A stretch of 64,000 nucleotides of DNA from Verrucomicrobiota bacterium. Lineage in GTDB: Bacteria; Verrucomicrobiota; Verrucomicrobiia; Limisphaerales; J093. The DNA is taken from positions 34,241 through 98,240 of the forward strand of contig JBEKGJ010000007.1 of the NCBI GenBank assembly GCA_050012855.1. The letters run 5' to 3'. The notes under the pieces are model-generated. The model did no database searches, was not told the DNA's origin, and saw only the letters and a program-made list of their open reading frames with translations. The position numbers and the translations under genes were made by a program. This document shows positions 39,459 to 52,381 of this stretch, one piece after another; within the stretch, counting starts at the first letter, position 1, and each line of letters opens with the position of its first letter.

Positions 39459-39573
39459 GCCCAGTGACTCGCTCGCGCCCGCTCGCTCGGCCCGCAGCGG
39501 GCCTGCGGCTTCGCCGAATTCCTTTCGCCGCCTCCCAAGCGGCTCAAGTCCCCGGACGAGGCGGAGAGGGTGT
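39459..39573. repeat. Inverted-repeat element, right copy (IR-R)
   Basis: See IR-L. Lies between the hsdR remnant and the four-helix-bundle gene. Confidence 0.8.
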
Positions 39574-40005
39574 CGGTCCTGGCCTGACCTGCCGCTTCTC
39601 CAGCGTGCCGTTGCCCGGGATGGGCCGGGTCGGCTCAAACCTGTGTAAACGCCTGAGAATCAGCGTCTCGCGTTCAAGCACCGGGGGCTGATTGGCGTGC
39701 GGCAGGCCCGGAACGGCGCGTTTTGACCGCTGACGGCCGCGCGGAGGACGCTTTCCGGAACGCGGATCGTTCTGATCCGGTCGCGGACGGTGCTTTCGCT
39801 TTCGCGGGAGACGCTTAGGGCGGCGGGGCAACCGCTTTCAGCGGCGCGGAGGGCGCTGACGGGGCGGCGGACGACGGGGACATTTGCGCGGCGCCTGCCG
39901 CTCCTCCGGCGGAAGGCCCTGCGGGTCGTGCGCGTCAGGCCGTCCCATTCGCGGCGGACGATTACGAGGAGGAGATGCTGCGCCTCTGCCGCCGCACTGC
40001 CTGGC

Positions 40006-40650
40006 ATGAAGCAAGGGCCGGAGAGACTGATTCCCTTGCATCGCGGGTACCGGAAGCTGAAGAGCTTCCAGGTTGCCCAACTGGCCTACGATGTGACGGT
40101 GCGTTTCTGCGACCGCTATATTGACAGGCGGAGCCGGACCCACGACCAGATGGTCCAGGCGGCGCGGTCGGGCGTGCAGAACATCGCCGGGGGCAGTCAG
40201 GCGAGTGGAACGTCCAAGAAGACCGAGCTCAAGCTCACAAACGTGGCCCGGGCCAGCCTGGAGGAACTGCGGCTGGACTATGAGGATTTTCTGCGGCAGC
40301 GCGGTCTGGCGCAGTGGCCCAGCGAAGACGTGCGCCGGGCGGAACTGATAGCAGCGCGGCCCGGCACCGCCGATGATGTGGCGGAGTGGGTGCGGGCCGT
40401 GCATGAGGGACTACATGGACGACGTGGACAGGATGGACAAAGCCCGGTAGAACAAAAGTCCACGGTGTCCATTCAGGCCACCACGTCCACCTATGCTGAG
40501 ATTTCAGCCAACGGCGCGCTGGCGCTGCTGACGGTGGCGTGCAGCCTGCTGGACCGCCAGATAACTTCTCTCGAAAAGGCCTTCGTGGAAGAGGGCGGTT
40601 TCACCGAGCGGCTCTATCGTGTCCGCAGCCAGAGGAGAAGGCGCGGTTGA
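40006..40650 (+). CDS. Four-helix-bundle protein (23S rRNA IVS-protein family) with C-terminal suffix domain
   Basis: Start preferred at MKQGPERLIPLHRGYRKLKSFQVAQLAYDVTVRFCDRY...QMVQAARSGVQNIAGGS...SLEELRLDYEDFLRQRGL, the family signature. As I recall, this family is often embedded in Type I R-M loci. Confidence 0.8.
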   Translation: MKQGPERLIPLHRGYRKLKSFQVAQLAYDVTVRFCDRYIDRRSRTHDQMVQAARSGVQNIAGGSQASGTSKKTELKLTNVARASLEELRLDYEDFLRQRGLAQWPSEDVRRAELIAARPGTADDVAEWVRAVHEGLHGRRGQDGQSPVEQKSTVSIQATTSTYAEISANGALALLTVACSLLDRQITSLEKAFVEEGGFTERLYRVRSQRRRRG

Positions 40651-40691
40651 ACTTGCCGTGCCTGCCGCCGCCGGAGTGCCGGGGGCGGTCC

Positions 40692-40783
40692 CGGCGAATT
40701 CGGAGGTTGAATTCCCCGCCCCCGGCCGCAACATGCGGCTGACACTGCTTTATGAAAAACCGCACCACCCTGCTGCTGGCCGC
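40692..40783. repeat. Island direct repeat DR-B (right boundary)
   Basis: Partner of DR-A. Contains the real start and signal-peptide codons of the GH172 gene. Confidence 0.85.
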
Positions 40784-42296
40784 GCTCGTCGCCGGCGCCA
40801 CCTCCCTGCTCGCCCAATCGTCCCCCGGTTTCCCCACCGGCAACCCGCTCGCCGGTCTGGAGAAACTCAAGAACTTCGAGACCCGCCGGGCCTCGTCGTC
40901 CGACCCGAACTGGAAGAATGGCAACAACGACGCCCGGCCGATCGCGCCCGGAGGCACGTTGACCCTCGGCGAATTCGACGGTCCGGGCGTCATCACCCAC
41001 TTCTGGTGCACCATCGCCCACGACGCCCCCTACTACTCGCGGCTGATGACGCTCCGGATCTACTGGGACGGCGAGGAACATCCCAGCGTCGAATGCCCCA
41101 TCGGCGATTTCTTCGGGATCGGCCACGGCGTGGACCAGTCGTTCACGTCGCTGCCGATCCGGGTCACGTCGAACGGACGCGCCCGGAATTGTTACTGGCC
41201 GATGCCGTTCCGGAAGTCGGCGCGCATCACCGTCACGAATGAGAGCGAGCAGCGCTGTCATGCCTTTTACTACTACCTGGACTGGCAAAAGCACGATTCG
41301 CTGCCGGACGACACCGCCTATTTTCACGCGATGTACCGCCAGGAATATCCGTGCGTGATGGGGCAGAACTATCTGCTGGCGGACCTCGTCGGCCGCGGCC
41401 ACTACATCGGCACCATCCAGAGCGTGTATCACGTGTCGCCCGGCTGGTACGGCGAAGGCGACGATTTCTTCTTCATTGACGGCGCGGCCGAACCGCAACT
41501 GCGCGGCACGGGCACGGAGGATTATTTCTGCAACGGCTGGGGCTTCGAGCAGCAGGCCGGTCCCTTTTACGGCACGCCACTGTGGGAGGGTTTCGACACG
41601 GGCGACCGCGGCACGGCCTACCGTTTCCACATCCCCGACCCGGTGACGTTCACCAAATCCCTGCGGGTCGAGATCGAACACAAGGGCTCGGAGACGTTCC
41701 CGGACGGGAAGTTCGACGGCTTCATCGAGCGCGACGATCTGATGTCGAGCGTGGCGTTGTGGTATCAGACCGAGCCGCACAAGGTCTGGCTGGCGTTGCC
41801 GCCCGGCGCGGAGCGGCTGCCGTTCCGGGAACAATCGCTGGTCGTGGGCTGGAAATCGGTCAAGGAAGCGAAACACTCCGCGGCGCCGCTCGAGGTGCAG
41901 GAAGTCGGCGGCCTGACCGACAACAAGCAGCTCTGGTTCAAGCCCACCGACACGAACGCGTGGGTGGAGGTGCCGTTCAGCACGGAAAAAGAGGCCACCG
42001 CGCAGTTGTGGGTGAAACTGCTGCATTCCTGGGACTACGGGACGTATCGGGTGCGGCTCGATGGCAAGGAACTGGCCACTCTCGACCTGCTCAACGCGGA
42101 CGCGGTTCCGGAAGCGCACAAGCTGGGCTTCGTCACACTTGCGGCCGGGCCGCACACGCTGCGGTTCGAGTGCGTGGGCAAGGCCGAGAAATCCAAGGGC
42201 TACTTTTTCGGATTCGATACCCTGACGGCGCGGATCCCGGTCTATTCCCGGCCCGCGAGCAAGGATCTGCGCGAACTGCAGGTGGCGCCGAAGTGA
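40752..42296 (+). CDS. DUF2961 / GH172-family glycoside hydrolase, secreted
   Basis: Signal peptide MKNRTTLLLAALVAGATSLLAQ. Motifs GVITHFWCTIAH, IGDFFGIGHG, NCYWPMPFRKSARITVTNES, FYYYLDWQKH and WYGEGDDFFFIDG...LRGTGTEDYF. Confidence 0.85.
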   Translation: MKNRTTLLLAALVAGATSLLAQSSPGFPTGNPLAGLEKLKNFETRRASSSDPNWKNGNNDARPIAPGGTLTLGEFDGPGVITHFWCTIAHDAPYYSRLMTLRIYWDGEEHPSVECPIGDFFGIGHGVDQSFTSLPIRVTSNGRARNCYWPMPFRKSARITVTNESEQRCHAFYYYLDWQKHDSLPDDTAYFHAMYRQEYPCVMGQNYLLADLVGRGHYIGTIQSVYHVSPGWYGEGDDFFFIDGAAEPQLRGTGTEDYFCNGWGFEQQAGPFYGTPLWEGFDTGDRGTAYRFHIPDPVTFTKSLRVEIEHKGSETFPDGKFDGFIERDDLMSSVALWYQTEPHKVWLALPPGAERLPFREQSLVVGWKSVKEAKHSAAPLEVQEVGGLTDNKQLWFKPTDTNAWVEVPFSTEKEATAQLWVKLLHSWDYGTYRVRLDGKELATLDLLNADAVPEAHKLGFVTLAAGPHTLRFECVGKAEKSKGYFFGFDTLTARIPVYSRPASKDLRELQVAPK

Positions 42297-42326
42297 CCGG
42301 GCCGCCCGGCGAACCAAGGACCTGAT

Positions 42327-44951
42327 ATGCGGAACGGCGTCTGGTTTCTAGCCGCGTGTCTGGCCGGCACGACAGCGTGGTCGGCACCCGTGCTGCGTGT
42401 GGCGCGCGAGACAGCGCCGGGCACGGTGTTGCTGCGCAACGGCGGTTTCGAGGAATTGCGCGAGGCGCGGCCCGCCGGCTGGCAGCCGTTCGGTGCCGGC
42501 TTCCGATCCGCGCCTGGCGCGGGCCGCAACGGCTCCACGGCGATTTTCTGTCAGAACGAGACTGACCGGACGGCCAGCGGCGCGAGCCAGACCGTGGTGC
42601 TCGCGCGCACGAACACCGCCCCGCTGGTCGTGCGCGGCTGGAGCCGGGCCGAAGGGGTGACCGGCGGCACGGACGGCGACTACTCGCTCTACGTGGACCT
42701 CGTGTACACCGATGACACGCCGTTGTGGGGGCAGACCGCCAGTTTCCGCTGCGGCACCCACGACTGGGAATACCACGAGTTCGTGATCCTGCCGGAAAAG
42801 CCGGTCAAATCGCTGACCCTCAACTGCCTTCTCCGCGGCCACTCAGGCAAGGTGTGGTTCGACGACGTGTCGGTGGAGGAACTGCGCGCGGCGGAAGGCG
42901 CGACGCTCTTTCAGGGCGTGGCCGTCCAGCCCGCGCCCAATTCCAATTCTCCATCGCGCAAACCCGACGAGCGCCGCGCAACGCAGGACGGCTTGATGCT
43001 CGGCTTGCGCGACGACGCCGTGGTTTCGCTACGCCTCGACGGCCGCGAACTCGCGTCGCCTTCGTTGCCCGGCGGTTTCCTCGTCCGCGACGTGGCGACG
43101 AACTCCGACTTTTGCGCCTTTGAAAACGGCGCGTGCCCGGAGCTGGGCCTCAAGCTGAACGCGCAGGTCCAGGCCGCGGCGGACCATCTCACCGTCACCG
43201 GCCGGGTCACCGACACGGCGGGCCGGGATCGCGCGGTGACGCTGGTGTTTGCGTTGCCGCTCGACGCCACCGGCTGGCGTTGGGGCGACGACATCCGGCG
43301 CAGCCGCGTGATCCACGGTCAGGGCGAGTTCGCGAACGTCATCAGTGTGCGCTCGGGTGCGACCGGCACGATGTCGCTCTATCCCGTCGGCGCCGTGTGG
43401 AACGAGCGCGCCGGCCTGGCGCTGGCGCTGGACATGGCGGAGCCGGCGCAGTTCCGCGTCGGTTATCACGCCAGCACGCGCCAATTGTTCATGGCGTACG
43501 ATTTCGGGCTGGTGAAGGAGGCCGAGCGCTTTCCGGGCGGCGCGGATTTCCGGTTTGTGATCTACCGCTTCGAGCCGCGCTGGGGTTTTCGCGCCGCGTT
43601 CCAGAAGCTGCGGACGATCTTCCCGGACTACTTTGCGGTGCGCTCGCGGGACCAGGGCCTGTGGATGCCGTTCACCGACGTGAGCACGGTCCACGGCTGG
43701 GAGGACTTCGGCTTTCGCTACCACGAGGGCAACAACAACGTGCCGTGGGACGACGCGCACGGCGTGCTCAGCTTCCGCTACACCGAGCCGATGACTTGGT
43801 GGATGGCGATGAAACCGGAGCTGCCGCGGACGCCCGCGGCGGCGTTCCGCGTGCGCGAGGAACTGGCCGCCGGCGCGAATGCGGAGCAGCGCCGCTTTGC
43901 CGCGGCCTCGCGCGTCGCCGCCATGTCCGACGAAGCCGGCGAACCGGGCCTGATCTTCCGCAACGAACCGTGGTGCAACGGCGCCGTGTGGAGCCTCAAT
44001 CCGAATCCGCATCTGCCGGGCTCACCGAACGCGGCAACGCTGCACTGGAACGACGCGACCAAGCAGCAGCTCTACGGCCCGGCGGCCACGGGCCACCTGG
44101 ACGGCGAATATCTGGATTCGCTCGAAGGCTACGTCACCGCGGAGCTGAATTTCCGCCGCGAGCATTTCCGGTTTACCACGGTGCCGCTCACGTTTTCCGC
44201 CGACACCCACCAGCCGACGCTGCTGAAGGGGCTGGCGGTGTTCGAGTTCACCAAGTGGTTCTGCGACGACGTGCACCGTCTGGGGAAGCTGACCTTCGCC
44301 AACGGCGTGCCTTATCGCTTCTCCTTCCTGTGTCCGTGGCTCGACGTGATGGGCACCGAGACGGATTGGCTGCGCGACGGCCGTTACGCGCCGGTGCCGG
44401 TGTCGCAGACAGATCTCTGGCGCACGATGGCGGGCGGGAAACCGTATCTGCTGCTGATGAACACGGACTACGACGTGTTCGGGCCACCGATGGTGGAGAA
44501 GTATTTTCAGCGCGCGCTGTTTTACGGCATGTGGCCGGGTTTCTTCAGCCACAACGCGTCGGAGAACCCGTATTGGCAGAACCCAAAATGGTACGAGCGC
44601 GACCGGCCGCGGTTCAAAGAGTACCTGCCGCTTATCAAACGCGTCGCGGAGGCCGGGTGGCAGCCGGTCACCCAAGCGGCGAGCGACAACGGCGCGATCC
44701 TCGTGGAGCGCTTCGGTCCGGACACTGCGGGCACGCTTTATTTCACCGTGTTCAACGACACCGCGCAGGAGCAAAGCGGGACGGTGCAGTGCGATTTCAA
44801 AGCCCTGCACCTGCCCCGCAGCGTCGCGGCCCAAGAGCTGATCACGGGAACGCCGGTGGCCTCGGTGGGTGGCGGCTGGCCGGTCCGGTTGGCACCACAG
44901 GACGCGAGGCTGTTTTGTGTCACGGCCCCCGGCGCCCACCCTGCGAAGTGA
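42327..44951 (+). CDS. Secreted protein with N-terminal CBM-like jelly-roll; putative glycoside hydrolase of unknown family
   Basis: 874 aa with a signal peptide. N-terminal LLRNGGFEE...GWQPFG...SQTV...KVWFDDVSVEEL resembles a CBM4/9-type module. The rest is not recognised. Confidence 0.65.
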   Translation: MRNGVWFLAACLAGTTAWSAPVLRVARETAPGTVLLRNGGFEELREARPAGWQPFGAGFRSAPGAGRNGSTAIFCQNETDRTASGASQTVVLARTNTAPLVVRGWSRAEGVTGGTDGDYSLYVDLVYTDDTPLWGQTASFRCGTHDWEYHEFVILPEKPVKSLTLNCLLRGHSGKVWFDDVSVEELRAAEGATLFQGVAVQPAPNSNSPSRKPDERRATQDGLMLGLRDDAVVSLRLDGRELASPSLPGGFLVRDVATNSDFCAFENGACPELGLKLNAQVQAAADHLTVTGRVTDTAGRDRAVTLVFALPLDATGWRWGDDIRRSRVIHGQGEFANVISVRSGATGTMSLYPVGAVWNERAGLALALDMAEPAQFRVGYHASTRQLFMAYDFGLVKEAERFPGGADFRFVIYRFEPRWGFRAAFQKLRTIFPDYFAVRSRDQGLWMPFTDVSTVHGWEDFGFRYHEGNNNVPWDDAHGVLSFRYTEPMTWWMAMKPELPRTPAAAFRVREELAAGANAEQRRFAAASRVAAMSDEAGEPGLIFRNEPWCNGAVWSLNPNPHLPGSPNAATLHWNDATKQQLYGPAATGHLDGEYLDSLEGYVTAELNFRREHFRFTTVPLTFSADTHQPTLLKGLAVFEFTKWFCDDVHRLGKLTFANGVPYRFSFLCPWLDVMGTETDWLRDGRYAPVPVSQTDLWRTMAGGKPYLLLMNTDYDVFGPPMVEKYFQRALFYGMWPGFFSHNASENPYWQNPKWYERDRPRFKEYLPLIKRVAEAGWQPVTQAASDNGAILVERFGPDTAGTLYFTVFNDTAQEQSGTVQCDFKALHLPRSVAAQELITGTPVASVGGGWPVRLAPQDARLFCVTAPGAHPAK

Positions 44952-45174
44952 AGCGGCCTCCGGTGCGGTAGTGTCATTTACCCGGAGCGCGGGTCTGTGA
45001 CCCGCAGCAGGTTCGCTTGCAAGCGGGCCTTGTGACAAGGCCGACGCGGTCTTTGATGCGGGCATTTCTGCGGCTCGCCGAGCCGCGGTCCGTCGCCGGA
45101 TCGCTGGATGGGGAGACTACCTGCGCTGCAACCGGCTTGACGCTGCGGTGTACCTGACCAACACTCGCGCCACC

Positions 45175-46506
45175 ATGAAATCGCCCTTTTCCGCGTTGCG
45201 GCGCGCCCTTGCCCAGGTGGCCCTACCCGCGCTGCTGGTCCCTTCGCTGCTCGCCGCCGCCGAACTGGAAACCAAACCCGCCGACGCGTTTTTCGCGAAA
45301 TTCGCGCCTGTCAAGGCGCCGCCCGTCACCGGCCTGTTGCTGCGCGAGGGCGACCGGCTCGCCATCTGCGGCGACTCGATCACCGAGCAGAAAATGTATT
45401 CGCGGATCATGGAGACCTACCTCACGGTCTGCGTGCCGCAGTTGAAGGTCACCGTCCGGCAATACGGCTGGAGCGGCGAGGTGGCCGAAGGGTTCCTCCA
45501 CCGGATGACCAATGATTGTCTGCGTTTCCACCCGACGATTGCCACGACGTGCTACGGCATGAACGACCACCGCTACCGGGCCTACGACGAGGCCAACGGG
45601 CGCTGGTACGTCGCCAACCAGACCGCGATCGTCCGCGCGTTCAAGACGGCCGGTGCACGGGTCGTGCTGGGCTCGGCCGGCTGCGTTGGCAAGATACCGG
45701 GCTGGGTGCAGAGCGCGAGCGGCACCGTCGAGGACCTTAACCTGAACCTCTGCCTGCTCCGCAACCTGGACATCCAGATCGCTGAAAAGGAAAAGGTCCG
45801 TTTCGCCGACGTGTTCTGGCCGATGTTCGTCGCCGGGTTCAACGCCCGCCAGCAATACGGCGCGGACTACGCGATCGCCGGCAAGGACGGCGTGCATCCC
45901 GGCTGGGCGGGACACCTGTTCATGGCGCGGGCGTTCCTGAAGGCTTTTGGCCTCAACGGCGCGATCGGCACCATCACCGTGGATCTCGCGGGCAAACAGC
46001 CCAAGGCCACCGCGACCACCGGTCATGTCGTCAAAGCCGTCGCTCTTGGGGCGATCATGATCGAGAGCCACCGGTATCCTTTCTGCGCCACCGGCGTGCC
46101 GGACAAGGACAATTCGATGCGCTCGGCGATGACGCTGATGCCGTTCAACCCGGAGTTGAACCGGTTTCTGCTCGTGGCGAAACGGGGGAAGGCGGCGCGC
46201 TACCAGGTCACGTGGGGCGACACCACGAAGAGTTACTCCGCGGCGCAGCTCGCCAGGGGTGTGAACCTCGCCGAGGACTTCGCGGTGAACCCGTTCTCGG
46301 AGGCCTTCAAGCGGGTGGACGAGGCGGTCGCGGCCAAACAGAACTACGAGACGCAGCAGATCAAAGGCGCCTTCCACGGCAACGAAGGCAAGGCGGACAT
46401 GGAGAAAACGGCCGCGAGCACGGAAGCCAAACGCCAGCCGCTGGCCGACGCCGTCGCCGCCGCGTTCGTGCCGGTCACGCACACGATCCGCATCGAGGCG
46501 GAATAA
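45175..46506 (+). CDS. SGNH/GDSL-family hydrolase (esterase), secreted
   Basis: Start at MKSPFSALRRALAQVALPALL. Block I is ICGDSITEQ and block V is GKDGVHPGWAGH. Confidence 0.75.
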   Translation: MKSPFSALRRALAQVALPALLVPSLLAAAELETKPADAFFAKFAPVKAPPVTGLLLREGDRLAICGDSITEQKMYSRIMETYLTVCVPQLKVTVRQYGWSGEVAEGFLHRMTNDCLRFHPTIATTCYGMNDHRYRAYDEANGRWYVANQTAIVRAFKTAGARVVLGSAGCVGKIPGWVQSASGTVEDLNLNLCLLRNLDIQIAEKEKVRFADVFWPMFVAGFNARQQYGADYAIAGKDGVHPGWAGHLFMARAFLKAFGLNGAIGTITVDLAGKQPKATATTGHVVKAVALGAIMIESHRYPFCATGVPDKDNSMRSAMTLMPFNPELNRFLLVAKRGKAARYQVTWGDTTKSYSAAQLARGVNLAEDFAVNPFSEAFKRVDEAVAAKQNYETQQIKGAFHGNEGKADMEKTAASTEAKRQPLADAVAAAFVPVTHTIRIEAE

Positions 46507-46718
46507 CGACCCGTTGGTGCGCCAGCCTTCACCTCTGATCCGAGAACGGAGGTTGGAAGAGGGAGCGCGCCCGCCCCGGGCACGGTTTTCCCGCCCCGGC
46601 GGAAAACAACCAGTGCATCCTGACAGGCTCGGGCCGCAGAGGGCTGGACGCGAGGCGCGTCCAGCAACGCCCGAGACGGGCGTGCTCCCCACCTCCCGAA
46701 TGCTCCGCGAATGGTGCG

Positions 46719-50080
<3,362 letters not shown>

Positions 50081-50097
50081 GGGTGTTTGACGGTCGG

Positions 50098-50493
50098 TTA
50101 GGCCGCCGTGGCCAATTCCCGGCGGGACAAGGTCAGCGGATACGACTGGATGAGGACATCGGCGGAGATTCCCAGGCCGGCGTGCAGGCGCCGGATCATC
50201 GCCATCGTCAGAGCCCGGCGGCGGCCGAGGATGTCGTGAACGATCCGGGCGCTGCCAATATACGGAATCAGATCGCTGGCCGATAAGCCGCGGCTTTCCA
50301 GGTGGTATCGGATCGCCTCCACGGGGTCGGGTGCCGGCATCGGTTCGTGCTCGCTTTCGTAGGCTTCCACCAGCGTGGTGAGCACATCCAATTGATCGCC
50401 AGTCGGCGTGCCGGGCTTGGCGTCGAAGAGACGCTCGATTTGCGCCAGGGCCGCCTGGTGGTCTGCTTCCGTCCGGATGGGGCGAATTTGCAT
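50098..50493 (-). CDS. higA: HigA-family antitoxin (XRE HTH)
   Basis: Start at MQIRPIRTEADHQAALAQIERLFDAKPGTPTGDQLDVLTTLVEAYE, the typical HigA N-terminal region, followed by an HTH segment (ALTMAMIRRLHAGLGISADVLI). Confidence 0.8.
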   Translation of the reverse strand: MQIRPIRTEADHQAALAQIERLFDAKPGTPTGDQLDVLTTLVEAYESEHEPMPAPDPVEAIRYHLESRGLSASDLIPYIGSARIVHDILGRRRALTMAMIRRLHAGLGISADVLIQSYPLTLSRRELATAA

Positions 50494-50510
50494 GGCTCTC
50501 GCCTTTCCTG

Positions 50511-50804
50511 TCAAACCGTCGTCACGTTGATTCGGTCGTAGTCCACATGCGTTCCAACGAACCGCACATACACAATGCCATAGCCGTAATGGATGGCAAC
50601 CACCAGACGGTAGGCGTTGCCCTTGATGTTGAAGACCACCCGGTTGTTGGCCACGACGCTCGCATTGCGGTAAATCCGTTTCAGGTCGGCTGGCGACCGC
50701 CAGTCGGCCCGCTTGGCATCCCGGAACCACGCCAGCAACGGCTGACGGGCATCCGGGTGACGCTCCCAGAATTCCCGGAGAATCCGGCGGGAGATGATGC
50801 GCAT
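50511..50804 (-). CDS. higB: HigB-family mRNA interferase toxin
   Basis: MRIISRRILREFWERHPDARQPLLAWFRDAKRADWRSPADLKRIYRNASVVANNRVVFNIKGNAYRLVVAIHY is the HigB toxin signature. The ATG lies 6 nt after the decarboxylase stop. Confidence 0.85.
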   Translation of the reverse strand: MRIISRRILREFWERHPDARQPLLAWFRDAKRADWRSPADLKRIYRNASVVANNRVVFNIKGNAYRLVVAIHYGYGIVYVRFVGTHVDYDRINVTTV

Positions 50805-50809
50805 CGCCG

Positions 50810-50845
50810 CTCAGGTGTTCACGTGCACCACCTTCGCGGGCGGGA
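50810..50845. repeat. Proximal copy of the 36-bp direct repeat (3' end of the intact decarboxylase gene)
   Basis: Identical to 50045..50080. Confidence 0.9.
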
Positions 50846-51944
50846 AACCGTTGAACCAGGTGGCCGACGCGTTGCTGTAGGCGCCGATGTTCTCGGCGAA
50901 CACCAGGTCGCCAATCGCCAGGTCCGGCAGTTCCTCGGATTGCGAGATGATGTCCAGGCCGTCGCAGGTCTGGCCGAACACGGCGCAGAACCGCTTCGGC
51001 CCCCGTTTGAACGGCTTCAGGTGATACTGGCCGTGGTCGAAAATGATGCCGGAGAACGTGTGATACACGCTGTCGTCAATGAAGAAACAGGGCTTGCCGT
51101 CGCGCACGGCCTTGCCGATGACGCTGGCCACGCTCGTGGCCGCGGTGGCGACGAGAAACCGCCCGGGCTCGGCGATGATCTGGATGTCGGGCGCGAACAA
51201 CCGGTCAATCTCGGCGTTGATCTTCCGCGCGAGTTCGCTGAACGGCCGCACATGCTTGTCATACGGCGCCGGAAAACCGCCGCCGATGTCGAGAATCTTG
51301 ATCGCGTGTCCGCGCGACTTGGCCTCCTTCATCACCGCGGCGGCAACATTGAGCGCCTGGACGAAATTCTCGAAATTCGTGCACTGGCTGCCGACATGGA
51401 AGCTCAGGCCTTCGACGACGAGGCCGTTCTTGAACGCGGCCAGAACCAGGTCCACCGCTTCGCCGGGGTCGCAGCCGAACTTCGACGAGAGTTCGCATTG
51501 CGAGCCGGTGTTGGGCACGCGGAGGCGCAGCACCACGCCGGCGTGGGGCGCGTAGGCCTTGATCTTGCGGATCTCCTCGGGGTTGTCGTAGGTGACCAGC
51601 GGCTTGTACTGGTCGAGCGCCTGCAGCGTGGCCTTCGGTTTGGTGGGATTGGCGTAGATGATCTTGTCCCAGATGAAGTCCTGCTGCGCCTGGGCGGGGA
51701 GGTGTTTGATGTTCTCGTAAACCAGCATGAACTCCGGCAGCGAGGCCACGTCGAAACTTGTGCCGGCCTGGTAGAAGGTGCGGATGATGGCCGGCTCGGG
51801 GTTGGCCTTCACCGCGAAATACGCCTGCACCTTGGGCAAATGCTTTTTGAAGACGGCGTAGTTGCGGCGGAGCACGTCGTGGTCAATCAGCACGAGCGGC
51901 GTGCCGTGCTCGCGGGCGAGGGCCTGGAGTTGTCTCGTGGTCAT
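50811..51944 (-). CDS. Type III PLP-dependent decarboxylase (ornithine decarboxylase-like)
   Basis: Start at MTTRQLQALAREHGTPLVLIDHDVLRRNY...YFAVKANPEPAI (PLP lysine)...ILDIGGGFP...EPGRFLV. Belongs to the Orn/DAP/Arg decarboxylase family. Confidence 0.85.
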   Translation of the reverse strand: MTTRQLQALAREHGTPLVLIDHDVLRRNYAVFKKHLPKVQAYFAVKANPEPAIIRTFYQAGTSFDVASLPEFMLVYENIKHLPAQAQQDFIWDKIIYANPTKPKATLQALDQYKPLVTYDNPEEIRKIKAYAPHAGVVLRLRVPNTGSQCELSSKFGCDPGEAVDLVLAAFKNGLVVEGLSFHVGSQCTNFENFVQALNVAAAVMKEAKSRGHAIKILDIGGGFPAPYDKHVRPFSELARKINAEIDRLFAPDIQIIAEPGRFLVATAATSVASVIGKAVRDGKPCFFIDDSVYHTFSGIIFDHGQYHLKPFKRGPKRFCAVFGQTCDGLDIISQSEELPDLAIGDLVFAENIGAYSNASATWFNGFPPAKVVHVNT

Positions 51945-52381
51945 GGCGAATCCTGCGTCGGCCGGTTTGTGAAGACTTTCGGCCGCCGGCACAAGGCAAA
52001 ACACGCCGCCCGAGCCGGCGTCTGCCAGTGGCTCTCCCGCCTTGGGCCGAACCTTCGCAACGGGAGAGGAGCGGTCGGGGTCCAAGACTGCCAACATATT
52101 TCTTGATTCCAGCCAGGTCTTGGAAACCGACTCGGGTTAAACCACTTCGTGGAAAGAAACGCAAACCCGACGGCGCAAAACCTATCCACCTCTTTTCCCC
52201 CGCTCGACGGCCGGGAAGTGGCCACCGGCGCCTCGTAAAACTGCGAGAGTACATCTTTTCAGGCTTGCGGCAGGCCCGGTTTCGGCTCCAATCCCCGTGT
52301 GCAAGCGTTGAAGGACACGTTCGCGGCGTTCCCGCTGCTGGCACGGGTCGTGCCGTTCGACAGGCGCATCGTGGTTCCTTT

